Shown here: in pieces, positions 1 to 14,875 of the stretch | How the letters are laid out: the number at the start of each line of letters is the position of its first letter | Position numbering within the stretch: the first letter of the stretch is position 1 | Assembly: GCA_013239625.1 (NCBI GenBank) | Contig: MU054220.1 | Coordinates: forward strand, 8,343,367 to 8,407,366 | From: Lama guanicoe | Lineage: Eukaryota | Reading direction: 5' to 3' | DNA length: 64,000 bases | Translations under genes and position numbers: made by a program | The notes under the pieces: generated by a model | The model's database searches: none | What the model saw: only the letters and a program-made list of their open reading frames with translations | Told to the model about the DNA's origin: nothing

Positions 1-3000
1 AAGAATAGACAATAATGCCACACTCCAAGCCTCCCCTATACAAATGGGGAAGAAAAAGAGCTTGGAGAGGGGAAAATAAATAAATTGTGGATTTTCAGAT
101 CCACTTAGTACTGGTAGCTATAGTTTATAAAATTCTGTTGCTGCCCGTGGAACTTTCAAGCAGTCTTGCTGATGGTGTGATTCAATTATAAATGAGAAAC
201 TTAATTTCAGCTGCTTTAGTAAATATTGCATCTTTCTTAAATGATAAATTACTAATTTCTTCCTGCCTAAAGCTCCTATAACACTTAGTAAGAAAATAGT
301 AATTCTGCCTACATATATAACAGCATTTTGACTCCATAAAACCTTGGGTCTGGTGGGAGGCAATAATACCCACAGAAAAACCACAATGACAACAGAAGTA
401 GAAGTCACCATGCCTCAGACAGGTACTCGAATGTTTATGAGAGGCCTTTTGCTTCTTTTTATTAGTAAGAGCATCAGAAAATAAAACCATCAAAACACCA
501 AAGAAGAGATCAGGCATCAGTTTCTTAGACAAGGGTTGCCAAGCGGGCACTTAGGAAATTAAAAAAAACTTCATATAGAAATAACCCCAGTTTTATCCAT
601 GGCATAGCCCCTGAATCACAAGAAAGGTTGCTTTGAAGTAGAATGGGGCAATTAAATATAATATTTATATTTGGTGTTTGTTGCAAGAGTACATTTCAAT
701 ATAGGCTGTAATCATGGAAACATACAATGTCCAGTCTCCAGTGTTTACTTTCTCAACAAGGTGGTATCGCTGATTTAAACACCTGGTCTTTTCCATTGTG
801 CCTCGTAGTCAATGGGCAGCAATTTTGTGTGGGGAAAAAAGAGGTCTGTGTGATACCAATTACTAATGAAAGAATGGTGGTTGGGGGTTCATTACATACC
901 AGGTATAAATCATGCAAGCAGATGATCCTCACTAAGCAACAGTGATCAGGTCCTTTAAGCTGAGAGGGATGTATATGTAAGGAATGGATCAGAGAGGAGT
1001 TCAGCAGGATCACACAAAGGAAGGAAATGGAAAACTTCAGTTAAAGGCATTCACTAAATGATTCCTTTTCACAATATAATTTTTGTCATTTAAGTTTTAT
1101 TTAAAATTTAAAGCAGAGAGCAGCTTTATTTTAAATTGCTAACCTCTTCTAGTTAAAGGATGGGCTGTTCTTTCAAAAAACAAAAAAAAGCCTCTCATCT
1201 CACAAACAGAGAGGCTGATATATAAAATAACCACTTTCATAGAAGGACTGAATAAGGTACCAATAATGGAGGGAAGAAATAAGAAAACTCTAAGGAACAA
1301 AGGTGATCCAGTTGTGAAACTTGTTGGATGTCAGTCAAATAATTCCCTTTTTTGAATTTGGCTTAATACCTTCGGGACCTGTAAAATATTTAGAACTAAA
1401 GCATCTAGATCATATCATTTATTTCTCCAAAAAGTTCCAACAATTCCCTGTTACCTGCAGAACAAAGTCCAAGTGTCCGAGTCTAATACCATAGGCTCCT
1501 TCAATCTTGTTTGAAATAAAATTTTCAGCGTCATTTCTGATTCTATTTTTCCATGTGCTTCATTCTGAAATACAGCATCAGACTTTCTTTCCAGACATAC
1601 TTCACCTAAATCGAACCAATTCTGGTTAGAAAAAAAATCTCATTTGGGGCTTCAAATTTGATTGTATTTACAAAACTCTTCTTGATACTCAAAATCAAAC
1701 TCAATATTGAGTGTTTTTCTCCTTACATACACATCATTTCAGAACGCCTTTCTTTAACAGAAAGTTATTTGTAATTTTCCCCGCTATTTATTTTAAAAGA
1801 CATAAAAGGCCAATTCTCAGTCATATTCATTTTGCATTCCTGGCAGCGTCTTACTCTGGGATTTTCCAATATCAGACATTTGCTAACAGAGTGTTGAATC
1901 ATCAAGTGAATGAAAAAAAAATTCTGATTTTATTTAGTATTTGGGGTGAGTAGGGGCCATTGCAGGTCTATCATAAACTATCTTGTTTTCTGAATTATAA
2001 ATGGCGTAAACCACATTTTTGCAAATATCAGATCTCCAGTTATGTAGAAGTGGTAAACGTATCAAGTGTGTGTGTGTGAGAGAGAGAGAGAAAGAGAGAA
2101 ATAGCATTATTTACATTCTGAGATATTCTCATTTGGGGAGAATGTTTCCAGGTGGTCTTTCTATGACCATTAGTAACAACATTGTAATTCCCTTTCATAC
2201 TATGTGCCTTCTCCCCAGTTACTCTTTTCTCCCATACATAATAAAATTAATTCCAGGTATGCACAATAGAGGAGATTTTTGAAGACAGGTGGAAACCTAC
2301 TTTGAAAAGCTACTGTTGGAATTTGTGGCTACTTCGGTACATTTAGGAAATTTTTAGGTCCCATTGACTTCTAAAGTACACATTGTATTCAATTTGTAGA
2401 ATTTCTGACTTTGGTTGGATCAGAAGAATAAAGTTCGATGCTTTTTTCATTGTACTTTTATCCCGAAGATTTTAAAAAGAGGAAAGTGTATCATAAGTAA
2501 ACGTGTCCTGGAAAGATATCCAAGGTAATTTTTCTCTCTCAGGAGCGGCAGGTCGTTCAGATAAACACACAGCCTTTGAAGTGCTTATCTAAACCAAGCA
2601 GAAACCCCTCCTCTTGGTCCAACTCCTCGCTTTCCGATTGTAGTGCGATAGAGGAGCTTGGATGTTTCAGGGGCTGGAGCAGAAGGGGAACAGGAATGTG
2701 ATCTAAATCATTTTATTTGGATTCCCTACTATGTTCTTTTTATTTGTTAGCATGATGTGTGAGCAAGCCCCGTACCTGGACTCTTAGGTGACTTCTTTGG
2801 GTTTCCCCCCAATATTAGGTCAAGATTTCATAATTTTCATATATTTAATTTTGAAAAAAAAAAAAAGATGCCATCCCTGAAACAGTTAGCTCAGAATTTA
2901 CTTTAAGGGCTCCTGAGATGGTAGAATTTAAATTAGAAGAAAAATGCTCTAAAATTTCTTGTATTACCTGTGATAGGCACAGTAATGACTATGTTTTATA

Positions 3001-3689
3001 TATTATCTAATTTTAGGGAAAGGGATAAAGTACTTGAGTTAGCCCTACTTTACAAGTGAAAATTATTTATATTAAGAAGTTAAATATACTCAAAAAGAGA
3101 GACTTAGTAGAGACCCAAATCAGAATTCATACTCACGCCTGTGTGCCTTTAATCTGTGAAACAGATGTCTGTGATTTTTTAATATTAAAATTTGTCTCTG
3201 GAATTTGAAAATTATCAAGACGTCTATAAGCATGCCAAAGTAAACACCTGAAGCTTTGTGAAAACACTGATTCCATTTTCCAAATCCATGAAGATGTCAT
3301 TTAAACTATTTTAAGGAAAATTGAGTGACTCAATGACTATCTTTACTATTGCATATGTTTTGCATTTTGCTTAGAAGTTATATTAAAAATCAAGATATCA
3401 TAACAAATTAATAAATCAAATCACAGTCAATATCCTACATCCATTTAAAGTCCTTGTGTGTGAAAGGCATTCAATGATGAATAATTCCTGCCACCGTAGA
3501 TTTGAATCCTGGTTAGACTGGCTATAAAGCCACTCTTCTTAATTACTGTTCTATGCATGAAGCTGTTTATTCCCACCTAAATCCTGACAGTATTGGAAAA
3601 AAAAAAAAAAGCACAGTAGCATGTTCTCCCCAAGATCACTTAAAATTGCGACAACTGGTAATCTTTTAATTTGCCTTAAAAGCATCTTT

Positions 3690-4097
3690 TTATTGTCTGT
3701 TTTTAGACAGCTTAATTGAGGTGAATCATTCAATATGCAATTCACTCATTTAAAGCATACAATTCATTGTTTTTCGTGTGGTCACTAAAGTGCCATTATT
3801 GCTATAGTTAATTTTAGAATATTCTCATCAACACAAATAGAAGCCTAGTTAGTACCTTTTAACTATCACCTTTGTGTCCTCTCAGCCTCCCCAGCCACAG
3901 GCAACCACTACTCTGCTTCCTGTCTCTCTTCACTTGTCTATTGCGAACATTTCGTATAAATGGAATCATACAATATGTGGTCTTTTGTGACAGGATTCTG
4001 TAACTTAGCATGTTGTTTTTAGTTCCATCTATATTGTAGCATGCATCAGTCTATGCTTTCATTGTATGATTAAACAATATACAATTACGTGGATATA
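3690..4097 (-). mobile_element. L1 3' UTR fragment (L1MB-like)
   Basis: ggcaaccactactctgc...tataaatggaatcatacaatatgtggtcttttgtgac motif. Confidence 0.8.
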
Positions 4098-4440
4098 CAG
4101 ATCTTATTCTACTTACAATGGGTTTATTGGGTTGCATCCTAATAGAGCTATGATAAATTGAAAATACTAAGTTGAAAATGCATTTAGTGAACCTTTATCA
4201 CCCAACACCATAGCCTAACCTAGCGTACCTTAAATGTGTTCCGAACGCGTAATTAGCCTACAGTTCGGTAAAATCATCTAGCACAAAGCTTATTTTAAAA
4301 TGAAGTGTTGAATATCTCATGTAATTCATTGATTACTGTGCCAAACGTGAAAAACAGAATTGCTGTATGGGTACAGAATGGTTCATGTATTGGCTGTTTG
4401 CCCCCATGATCTCGTGGCCGACCGGGCGCTGAGGCTCATC
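4098..4440 (+). mobile_element. MER47-like Tigger (TcMar) DNA transposon
   Basis: TA|CAGAT..cttacaatggg...gaaaatgcattta...attagcctacagtt.gg.aaaatcatcta...gtgttgaatatctcatgtaatt resembles the MER47A consensus as recalled. Confidence 0.75.
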
Positions 4441-4446
4441 AGTATC

Positions 4447-4760
4447 AGTGAATCTCAAAATCATCACCCTATGTGAAAGGAAGCATGATACAGAAAAGGA
4501 CGGGTTACCTAGTTTAATTTATACCCATTTCTAAAGCATGTAGAGCTAAGCTACAGTAATAGCAATCATGAGAATGGTTGTGTTTGTTAGTGAGGTTTAC
4601 TGGAAATGGGCACAAAGAAAATACATTTGACTTAATTACAGTGCTTTATTTCCTAACTTTGGTGGTGATACATGTGCATAAGCATGTATCAGGACTCACG
4701 AACTCTAAGTTTAAAAATTGTGTACAGAACTGTATGTAAACCACACCTCAGTGAAGAACA
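4447..4760 (+). mobile_element. Old L1 3' end
   Basis: gtgaatctcaaaa...gggcaca...tgtatgtaaaccacacctcagt followed by an A-rich tail. Confidence 0.6.
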
Positions 4761-5399
4761 AAACGAAACAGCATAGCAGTCTGCACTATCTTTAGGAGGA
4801 ATGTTTGCCACTTTTCAAAATACCTGTGTAAGGAGAGAAAAAAAGAAATAGAGTGAGAGAGAGGGAGGGAAGAGGAGAAGGAGGAAGAAAAGATGGAAAG
4901 TTTTTATATTAAGGCTTAAATTAATGGGGGAAAAGTAAGTTACATCATGTCATTCTCATATCCTCCAAAAGCCTCAGCTGAAAAAAGCAACTATGTCAAT
5001 GTCTGTACCTATATGTACACTCATGGTATATGTATGTATACAGGTACATATATTACACAAAATATTCTTTGTAATTAAAACTAAATGTAATACATAGTGT
5101 GTACTGGCTTCTAGAAACTACAGGAATACAAAAACAAAACAAAAAAAGACAAATAACCAAAACAAAACAATAACCTAATCACAACTGCCAAAGTTAAATT
5201 ATCTCAATATTTTGGGTGTATATACACATATGCACATACATATAATGCAGTCATAACAAGTTACTTAGATTCTTTTATAGATTATTTTTGTCCTCAAATA
5301 TTTCGAAGATAGTCTCATAATTACAAATATTATGCTGAATATTTTAGCAACTTTATTGTACTGCATAGTTATTGTGTTACTTTCACAACAAATCAGAAT

Positions 5400-5764
5400 C
5401 AATCAGTGTTCCACCAGGGAAATGGAACTAATAGGAATATATATGAACAGATTTATTGCAAGGAGCTGGCTTACCTGGTTGTGGGAGCTGGCAAGGCTTG
5501 TCTGAGACCCCAGAGGGCAAGCTGTCAGGATGGACAGGTTGAAACTTCTTTTTCTTCAAGCAAGCCTCAGTTCTGCTCCTAAGATGGAGTCTTTCACGCC
5601 ATCGAATCAGGCTCAAGATAATCTCTCCTGCATAATAAAGTAAACTGATTATGGATTGCAATCGCATCTACAGAATAACTTCATGGCAACACCTAGGTTA
5701 GCGTGTGTTTGAATATCTGGAGTCTATAGCCTCGTCAAGTTGACACATAAAACTGACCATTGTA
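5400..5764 (-). mobile_element. MLT2 (ERVL) LTR
   Basis: gatttattgcaaggagctggcttac...caagttgacacataaaactgaccat motifs. Confidence 0.8.
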
Positions 5765-8700
5765 ATGTCCCTTTTTGGTATCTTTTTAGGTTTATTTATC
5801 TTTCACATCTTTGAACATGTACCTCTACAAATTAAGCAATTTTTTCTTGTGATTATATTTTAGCATGTATTACTAATTTCGAGTATTTGTGCCAATTTCC
5901 ATTTCCATCGGAAGTGTATGAGAATACTTTATTTCTTACACACTTTATATGGAGTCTTAGCTTCCTGAAAAATTTCCAAATTTTTTATGTCCACAATTCC
6001 TGAAACAGTACTTGCACACTAGTAAGGAAAAATACTTACTCTTGGATACTTCAATAGCCGTAGCAAGCATCCTTTTTGTGTAGGATAGTATGCATCTAAA
6101 TCTACAGTTTATTTGGATAATTTTATTCATTATAGGAATATAATTCACTGTATAAAATTGACCTTAAAATTATATCTAAATAATAATATACTATTTTCTT
6201 TTCCTATTTAAAGAAAAAATTATTATATATCACATAGTCACTGTAACTGTTTTCTTAAGTTTAAAAGTCATTATGATTAATTTCTTAGTGTTCCTCTCTT
6301 CGAAGGGAAAATATACAGTCTATGATATTTATTTAGCCACTCTAATAAACATTTCTAGAGTAGTATGTTTTTTCTTTTGTAATTCAAAGAATGCAATTTT
6401 CTCATTTGTAAATGTAGATAATTATTTTTTTTCCAAAATAATTATAGTGAGGATTACATGAAGTAATCTATGTAGAGAGCTTGGCACAATTTTTGGCATC
6501 TGGTAAGTTCTCAATTAAGTGTAGCTATTAATGTTATTACCTTTAAAAGTAATGAAGTCTGGTAGAAAGCCTGCTTTTAATCATATCAGGGTTTGAATAC
6601 TTATTATGCCAATTTTTGCCTCTATAAAACTAGGTAAGTTACTTAGCCTTAACCTCTTTTTTCCAACCTATAAAACAGAAATTATAGTAACATTTATCTC
6701 ACAATGTTATGAAAATTACATAACTGAGAGAATTGAACGAGGGCTTGGGAAACTACCAATGTCTATAAAATCGCATTAATTATAGAATGTTGTTTTGATT
6801 AATACCCATGCTTTCTTTTATTATATTAAACAAACTTCTCGTTTTGCATCATTTCATAGAGCAACTACAGCTTCTAAAACAGAATCTCTTTCCCAAGTCC
6901 AAATGGAATAATCCATCTTTTGGCCTACTTTAAATAAATGGGGTTAAATTAAGATCTTTTGTTTGCCTACCTACAAAAATCCCTATAAGGCTTTCCAAAG
7001 CCCATGAGTGCTCCAAGCATTTGGCGTGTCGCAGGTGGGGGGAATGCTTTCCTTGCATTAGCTATGTAACCGTGTCCTCTATTGCATCAGCTGTCCTACT
7101 CCAGAGTAATAAGGCACAATGGCTTCCAGGCAGTTTGGGAACAATTGTCATGCCCTGTTAACAAACATAAAGAGAACAGTATGTTTTCCTCCATTATCCA
7201 GGGCTGTATGTACTTTTTACTGCTGCCTGTCTATCCCTTAATGGTACTACAGCAGCAGGCAGAGGGTCAGTGATAAGTTGAAGGAGACTTCAGGCTTCAC
7301 ATTGTACGCTAGTGATAACCACAGGTTGCCCAGAGCTAAAGGAACAGTTTCCTTTGCTCTGTGTACTCAGTGTAGTCTCGTGGGAAAATACTGATGAATG
7401 TACCCAGAAGCTGTTTGATTTTGGTTTAAAATCTCCTTGGATGAAGGATCTAAAAACATACCTCGCAGGCTGGTAACAATTTGGCAGACCCGTTTGTTAG
7501 GACATGTCAACTCTGAACCTCAGCCAAAATGGAACATGGTTCCACACGATGCATGAATTTTAGTTATTGACATTGTTATGAAGTTGTTACGAAAAGCATG
7601 GGAAATTAAAGTAGAAATACATAGTAATTAATTGCAAGCCAACCAAAATAATAATTCTCTGCAGAAATGAATAGCCTCATCCAAAAGCACGTGATCATTT
7701 GTGAAGATGCCCCACAAACTCCTGAGAATGATTACCAATTTGAGACGGGGGAAAAATCAGAATCTACACAACGGCGCAAGAAATGTTTAAAACGGAGAAA
7801 TTATACTATTACATTATGTAGAATTATATTATTATAATAGTAGTAATTGCAATAGGTAGTTAAATATGAGGAAATTATTCCAAGTGTGAGAAATACTGAC
7901 AGAGTTATGATTATAATTCACATAGGTGGCACACTTAAATATGCATGCCAATTCAGCTCTTACCTGCATGAAATTATTTCTGGTGCTTGTTATTATAAGG
8001 AATGGATTGATGATACGATGAGTGAAGTCTAGGAAAATCTTGAAAATGTGTGGAGGTTTTTTTCTCGTGAAATAATCTCATCTTTTATTCCCCCATTGTC
8101 CTTTTTTCCCACAGAGCTGTCTCTCCTTCCCTGTTCTTTATATTATTGATCTTTATTGATGATTCTAGAGATTTTTCCTTTGTTTCACATAACTCAGAGG
8201 TAATCTCACAAATTAAAGATAAGTGATTTGATTGTATTTTAAATTCCCAGAGGGCCAGTGACCACATTTTTCTTTCTGTCCTTTCTCAAAATCTGGTAAA
8301 ATGTTAGACTATCAGGGAATTGGTAACTATATCCAGGATGATGATGATTTTCGTTAGTTTTCAGGTGGGTGGTTTGGCATCCTGCAACCAAACTCACGTT
8401 TTTACACATGTACATGAATTCAGTGTCCAACTATGGAGTCACTGTCAAAATAGTTCTGCTTGGGTTCTCCCCATTTAATCATTGCCTTGGAACAGAGTCC
8501 TTTGCAACAGCTGTTATGCATCTAGTCAATATAAATGATGTTCTGTCTACATTTAGTCTGTTGATTGGTTCTTCTGGCAACTCGCAGAGAAAACCATTTT
8601 TCTTCAAGTCCTTAATGTTAATGCTGAATTCAAGATTTCTACCCAGAATAGCAAAATTAAAACAGAATAGAAAATCTGATTAAGTCAAACTGCTGATTGG

Positions 8701-9379
8701 AAATTTATAGAACAGATGATTTCCTTTTATTGTTTTTGATGTATAACTAGCAGCAATTCCTCACAACTCTACACCCAAACCAGAAGTCCAGTTTGCGGAC
8801 TTCCTATTGCGATGCTTCTTTGCTGTGTGTCTTTCATGCATTAAGAGCAAGCAGAAAAATCAGATTGGAAACTCCCATTGTAATAAAACCAAGCAGACTT
8901 GTGAACTCAAAAGACTCACTGACCACTGACCCTCCTAAGATCCCACACATTGTTGTTGCTGTTTTATTGAAGGATAATTGATTAACAGTGTTGTGTTAAT
9001 TTCAGCTGTACGGCAGTGATTCAGTTATACATACATACATATTCTTTATCAGATTGTCTGAAGGTAGTGATAAATTATTAGGAAATATTTTATTAAAGAT
9101 ATACAGAATACAGAACAAAAGTGGAACTTCAGCTAAATTTAGCCTTCGTCAACAGAAGGGATTTATTGTACTGTGTAGCTGTGAAGTGTGTTCCTCCATA
9201 CATTTCTGCTAGTCTCCTGGGCTCCATCTCCTGGGCTCAAACATCAAACAGGTTTCATCTTATCAAGTAAGTTTTCTTGAATGTTGAAGTTTATATAGGA
9301 CTGTTCTAGAAGCAGAACATGTAAAATAAATTAAGAATATTGGCTGCTGCATTTTATGAAAGATTTTTTTGTGGGTATT

Positions 9380-9750
9380 AAAGCTAGTCAGTGAAACCAA
9401 GAGAACAGAGAGTAGAACGATGGTTACCAGGAGCTGGTCCAAGGGTGAAAACCTTCAGTTATAAGATGGATCCAGTCTGGGGATCTGATGTACCATGTGG
9501 TGTCTGTTGGTGATAATACTCTATTGTGTACTTGAAATTTGCTAAGAGAGCATAGACCTTAAGGATTTTTACTGCATACACACTAAAAGGTAATAGTGAA
9601 TTGTTGGATGTGTTAATTAACCTGATGAGGTGAGGTAATCATTTCACAAATTATACATATGTCAGATTACCATGTTGTACACTTTAAATATATTCAATTG
9701 TATTTGTCAGTGAAGCTGAAAAAACTTAAAAAGTAAAAATAAAATAAAAG
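9380..9750 (+). mobile_element. L1 3' end with A-rich tail
   Basis: cttcagttataagatg...cttgaaatttgctaagagag...catgttgtacactttaaatata, ending in aaaataaaataaaa. Confidence 0.8.
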
Positions 9751-10329
9751 GCTTCACCAAATAAAATCTAATGTAGAGCCGATTTATAAAACAGATTAAT
9801 ACAGAGCTCCTCCATCTGAAATGAAGATCCATCGGCATGTAGTCCTCCCCTTTATCTGTTGTGCACGTGTGTGTGTGCAGGACACACATGCACAGAGAAA
9901 GGAGACACAGTGGGAGGGGGTGGGGGAGCACACATGGGCAATTTTTGATGTTCTTCCAAAGAGGACTCAGATCAAAAAAAGCCAATTTTAAGATCTCTAC
10001 TGCTGGTTGCTCCTGCTCTGTAGCTATATACAAGTAAATGTCTCAGTATTTATAAAGCAAGTTTGCCTGGTAACTATAGGTCATAACTAATTCGCTTGCA
10101 GAGAATTATTATGCACGAGGGCAGTAAATAGTGCAGATATGTTTTCTTTTTAATCAGAAATAACCACTTGATTTAGTGGACTTGCTTACAGTGATGAAAA
10201 CTAGCAAAAATTGAGTTAACAATGATGATGAGTCTAAAGGGCAATTAACATAAATTGATTCACTTGCAAAGAAAAAAAATTGGTTCCACTTCTAAATTCC
10301 TTATAGATTTAAATTCATTTAACATTCAG

Positions 10330-10480
10330 AATGGTCCTATGATATCGCTATTATTATTAGCTCCCAAGTTACAGATGAGAGAAGCAAAGGAAAGGTAAGT
10401 AACTTGCCCATGTTCAGACAGTAATGAGTGCTGAAACCTGGCATCCAGACTTCTGCGTGGGATTTTACACGACTCCTTCT
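10330..10480 (-). mobile_element. MIR SINE
   Basis: ttacagatgagagaagc...aggtaagtaacttgccca MIR core. Similar cores near 6450-6720, 12400-12590, 15900-16090, 26140-26350, 35510-35590, 59100-59260 and 62590-62660. Confidence 0.7.
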
Positions 10481-11229
10481 CATAGAACTGGACACAGAAC
10501 TCTTAGCAAAGCAGTAATATAAAATACAAAACTTTGAGAAATATGTGGCACCATTAAGTTTTTCAGACATGGAGACATTTGTAATTCCATATTTACACAC
10601 ATACGCACAGAGGAAACCATGTGCCAATCAGAAAAATGTTTAAATGAACATTCACTTTGTTAACTTCTCAGTGACATTTTATAGATGCTGAATGCTTTTC
10701 CTTCGTACATAGTCTGTATAAGTTCTCTATAAATATAGAAACCCTCTGTTACTCTCCGTAAGAACAACGCTGCACTTGGAGAATTACATTTTATGCAGTT
10801 TTCAGAGTACTTTATCTCTCGCTTCATGCCACTAGATTAATTTAACAGTTTCCATTTCAGCGTGTACTGTCCAGGGCTTCTTGAAATGAAATCACTGTGA
10901 ATCTCTCCAGACTTAAGAAGTTATCAAAGTATTTGAACAAATACTAGTATCTTCAAAAAGAAGATAATCCAACAACAACAAAAAAAACCCACCTTCATTT
11001 AAAGCATGCAAACATTGTTAATATCTGACAAGGAAAAATGGTGTTTTGCTAACACCTTCTCCATAAGCTGCACTTAAACCCATCTTGTAATTCCTAAAGT
11101 GAAAAAAATCAGATGAAATATTGTTTTCCAGCCTTATTTTATTATCCAGTCATGGTGGAGCCAAAGCAGTTATTTCCAGAGCCCCTGAAGGATTCTCAAT
11201 GTCTATACAAATCAACAGTAATTTTACTT

Positions 11230-12310
11230 AACAAGCAATTATATTTTGTGTACCGACTTTGTGTCAGGCATCATGTCAGGCATCTGGGATACCCGCTTAC
11301 ATAATATATGGTATCAGTCCTCAATGGATTTATAGTCTATTAAGCAAGATCAGACAAAAATTAAGTGCAATAAAGTATGGTATGTTCATGATGGAAGCCT
11401 GAATAACATGCTCTGGAAGGAAATAAGAAGCACATCTGAATCAGATTGTGATTCAAGGGTCAGGGCTGGATTCCTAGAGGAAGGTTAAGTTACCTGAATT
11501 CTCAAATTTAAATTTTGCTTAAAAGTGAACATCATCAGGCAGCGAAATTAGCCCGAATGAAATCATGGTAGCATGACACCGTGTGCCTTCCTCAGTAAAC
11601 CTCGTGCCATTTATTATGGTAAATAACACAAATGGAAGTGTGATTTGAGATGAAGTTAGAGAGGGACAAGTGCGCTAAAGTATAGAGTTTGAAATTGGTC
11701 CTGAAAGTTATGCAGAACTACTGAAATATTTAAAGCAGAATATTAATACTAGAATTTTGGGAGCAATTATTCTGCTAACTACTGTGGATGGATTGGAGGT
11801 GATTCTAATTAGAGGCTGGATATCGAGTGGTTCTGTTGTGCTAATCCAAGTTTTCAAGAGACGTGAGCTTATGGTAGGATGAATGTGGTAAACATTAGAA
11901 CGATTGGGAGAGTGGAAGCTATAGATCATGACCAGATACAAGGTATGGAAAAGGGTGGTTAAGTGAGAATGAAGAGGACAAAATGTAACCCCCAGCTTTT
12001 TGTTTTGGACAAATATGTGTTCTTGCTACCATTATTTGCTAGCAAATAAGATATGGAAGAGAAACACATATGGAGGAAAAGATGATAAATTTGGTCTCTG
12101 ATATGTTGGGTTTGAGGTGCCAATGACGTACCCAAGGAAAGTGTTTCTGTTGAGCTTCACAAGGAGTGATTATCTGAGAAGTCGGGAATAAAGACACAGA
12201 CTCAGAAGTTATTAAAATTGTACATGGCAGTGAAAGCCACGGGTTTTGATGAGTTCGCTGATTAGAAATGCAGACATCTAAGGAACAGACTGACAAAAAA
12301 GAAACTACAA
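11230..12310 (-). mobile_element. L2 LINE fragments
   Basis: Purine-rich decayed L2 motifs (ctaatccaag...gagacg, atatgttgggtttgaggtgcc). Confidence 0.6.
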
Positions 12311-12606
12311 AGAAGATCAGCTAAGATTTTCTCAGGCAAATATGACAGTGGTACCTAGTAACCTGATTCATATATATTATTGCCTAAGGGCACAGATACT
12401 ACAGCCAAGACTACACCTAAGTTCAAATTTTGGCTCTATATCTACCTAGACAGAAAACTTTTGACAAGTTGCTTAAATTCCTTGAGCTCACGTATTCACT
12501 TGTTAAATGGTATATAGCCCACAGGGTGACGGGGAAGATTAAATATTAAATGATTTAAATTTATGGTGTATGATAAGAATTCAATAAATGTTAGCTCTTG
12601 TTAGCA

Positions 12607-14875
12607 TTTTTTGAGATATAATTGACACATAACAGTATATTAATTTCAGGGGTACAACATAATAATTTGACATTTGCATATATTGCTAAATTCTCACCAC
12701 TGTGTCTAGTCAACCTCCATCACCACACATAGTTACAAATTTATTTTCTTGTGATGTGGACTTTTAGGATCTATTCTCAGCAATGCTCAAATATACAACA
12801 CAGTATTATTAACCAGAGTCACAATGCTGTACACTGCATCCCCAAGGCTGATTTATTTTATAACTGAAAGTTTGTACTTTTTACCCTGCACCCATTCCAT
12901 CAACCCCTGCCCCCCAATCTCCCCAATCTGGAAACCACTAATCTGCTGTCTGTATCTATGAGTTCTATGAGTTTTGTTTAGTTTTGCTTTTAGTTTCCAT
13001 ATATTAGTTAGATCATGTAGTGTTTCTCTTTCTCTGCCTTATTTCATTTAGCCATAGTGACCTCAGGGTCCATCCATGTTGTCACAAATGGCGAGGTGGT
13101 CTTCTTTTCATGACTGAATAATATTCCATTGTGTATGTATACCACATCTTCTTTATCCATTTATCTGGGCACTTAGGTTGTTTTCATATCTTGGCTATTG
13201 TGAATAATGCTGCAATAACACGGGAATGCATATATCTCTTCTGTATCCTGTCTCCTTTCAGTATATTCCAGGAGTGGAATTACTGGGTTGTCTGGCAGAT
13301 CTATTTCTAATTTTTTGAGGAAACTCCATTTTGTTTTCCATAGTCCCTGAACCAATTTGCATTCCCATTGATGGTGTTTGTTTCCTTTTCTCCACATCTT
13401 CCCCAGCACTCGTTATCTCTTGTCTCCCTGATGATAAGCCATTCTGACAGATGGGAAGTGATATCTCATTGAGGTTTTGATTTGCAGTTCCCTGAGGATT
13501 AGTGGTGGTGAGTCTCGTTTCATGTACCTTTTTGCATATTGCATTTAGCCATTTTTTTTTGTCTCCTTGGGAGAAAAATGTTCATTTAGCTCCTTCTCCC
13601 TTTTTTTATAATAGGATTTTTTGTTTGTTTGTTTATGAGTTATTATATGTTTCAGATATTAACCCTTTATTCAATATATAGCTTGCAAAACTTTTCTCCC
13701 ACTCTGTAGGTTGCCTTTCACTTTGTTGTTTCTTTTGCTCTGCAGAAACTTAAGTTTGATGTAGTCCTGAAAACAAGGGTTATTATCGGTTATCCATTAA
13801 TGAATAATAAACTATAATTTGCCTTCGCTGATAAAGCTCACTTTAATTGTTTTTATAAAAACTTGCCTGTCCTCTAAGCATCACCTAGCCTAATAATAAT
13901 AAGATGTTGCCCAAGTTGTTTTTTTGGAACTTGGAGTCGGCTGTGTCCAGCTTGAGTTCTAGCCAGTTAAGACTGGTTAAGACCCTCTATCACTCGTCTG
14001 AGTATGAGTGTGTGTTGGGTGACCTTTTGAAGTCAGAGGGCCAAAAACTCCACCCTCAGAGCATGCTAATGCCACCATTTTCTGTGTCCCATGTAGAAGG
14101 TTGTAGCTTAGTTGTGTCTGCGCAGGACAACAATTTCCTCACCTTTTTTTATTGTCTGTAATTACATCCCCCCATGCTCTCCATGCCTCAGGTTTATCCC
14201 ACAAGTGACCAAAGCCCCTTGCCTTCAGGAATGTGGATTTGAGATTTGTTCTCCTGTCTCCTGGCTTGGCTGCCTTATGAATAACCCGCTTGTCTGCTGC
14301 AAACCTTAGCATCTCAGCATTTGGCTTGCTGCGCTTTGGGCAATCAGACTTGGCTCAGTAACGGTCCCATTTGTTGATTTTTGCTCTTGTTGCTTGTGCT
14401 TTTGGTGTCATATCCAAGAAATCATTGCCAAGACCAGAGTCTCGGAACTGCTTCCCTATGTTTTCTTCTAGGAGTTTTATTGTCTAGGTCATATGTTTTT
14501 AAGCCTTTGATTTATTTTGAGTTAATTTTTGTGAGTGTCAGATAGGCCTCCCAACTTCATTTTTCTGCGTGGATTTGTCCAGTTTCCCCACCACCATTTG
14601 TTGAAGAGGCTATCCTTTCCCCACTTGGTGTCCCGGGCCTCCTTGCAGAAGAGCAGTTGATTGTGTGTGGAGGGGTTTGATTTGGGGCTCTCCATTCTGT
14701 TCCATTGGTCTATGTGACTGTTTTTATGCCAGCACCATACTCTGTAAATTACTACCGCATTTAATATAGTTTGAGATCAGAAAGTGTGATGCTTTCAGCT
14801 CTGTTCTTCTTTCTCAGGATTGCTTGGGCTATTCGGGGTTTCAGACCAATTTTAAGATTTTTTTTTCCTGTTACT
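12607..14875 (-). mobile_element. 5'-truncated L1 (L1MA-like), interrupted by a solo LTR
   Basis: Minus-strand ORF2 peptide WECKLVQGLWKTKWSFLKKLEIDLPDNPVIPLL, with a T-rich 3' end at the left. Confidence 0.9.
13768..14363 (+). mobile_element. ERV1 solo LTR with 4-bp TSD, inserted in L1
   Basis: GTCC|TGAAAAC...GTAACG|GTCC. The L1 sequence gatgtagtcc/catttgttgatt rejoins when the LTR is removed. Confidence 0.85.

Noticed and set aside
2500..2560. Splice-like motifs (AAG|GTAATT; TCTCTCTCAG|G) suggesting a host exon
   Set aside because: No coherent exon or recognisable peptide; such motifs occur by chance.
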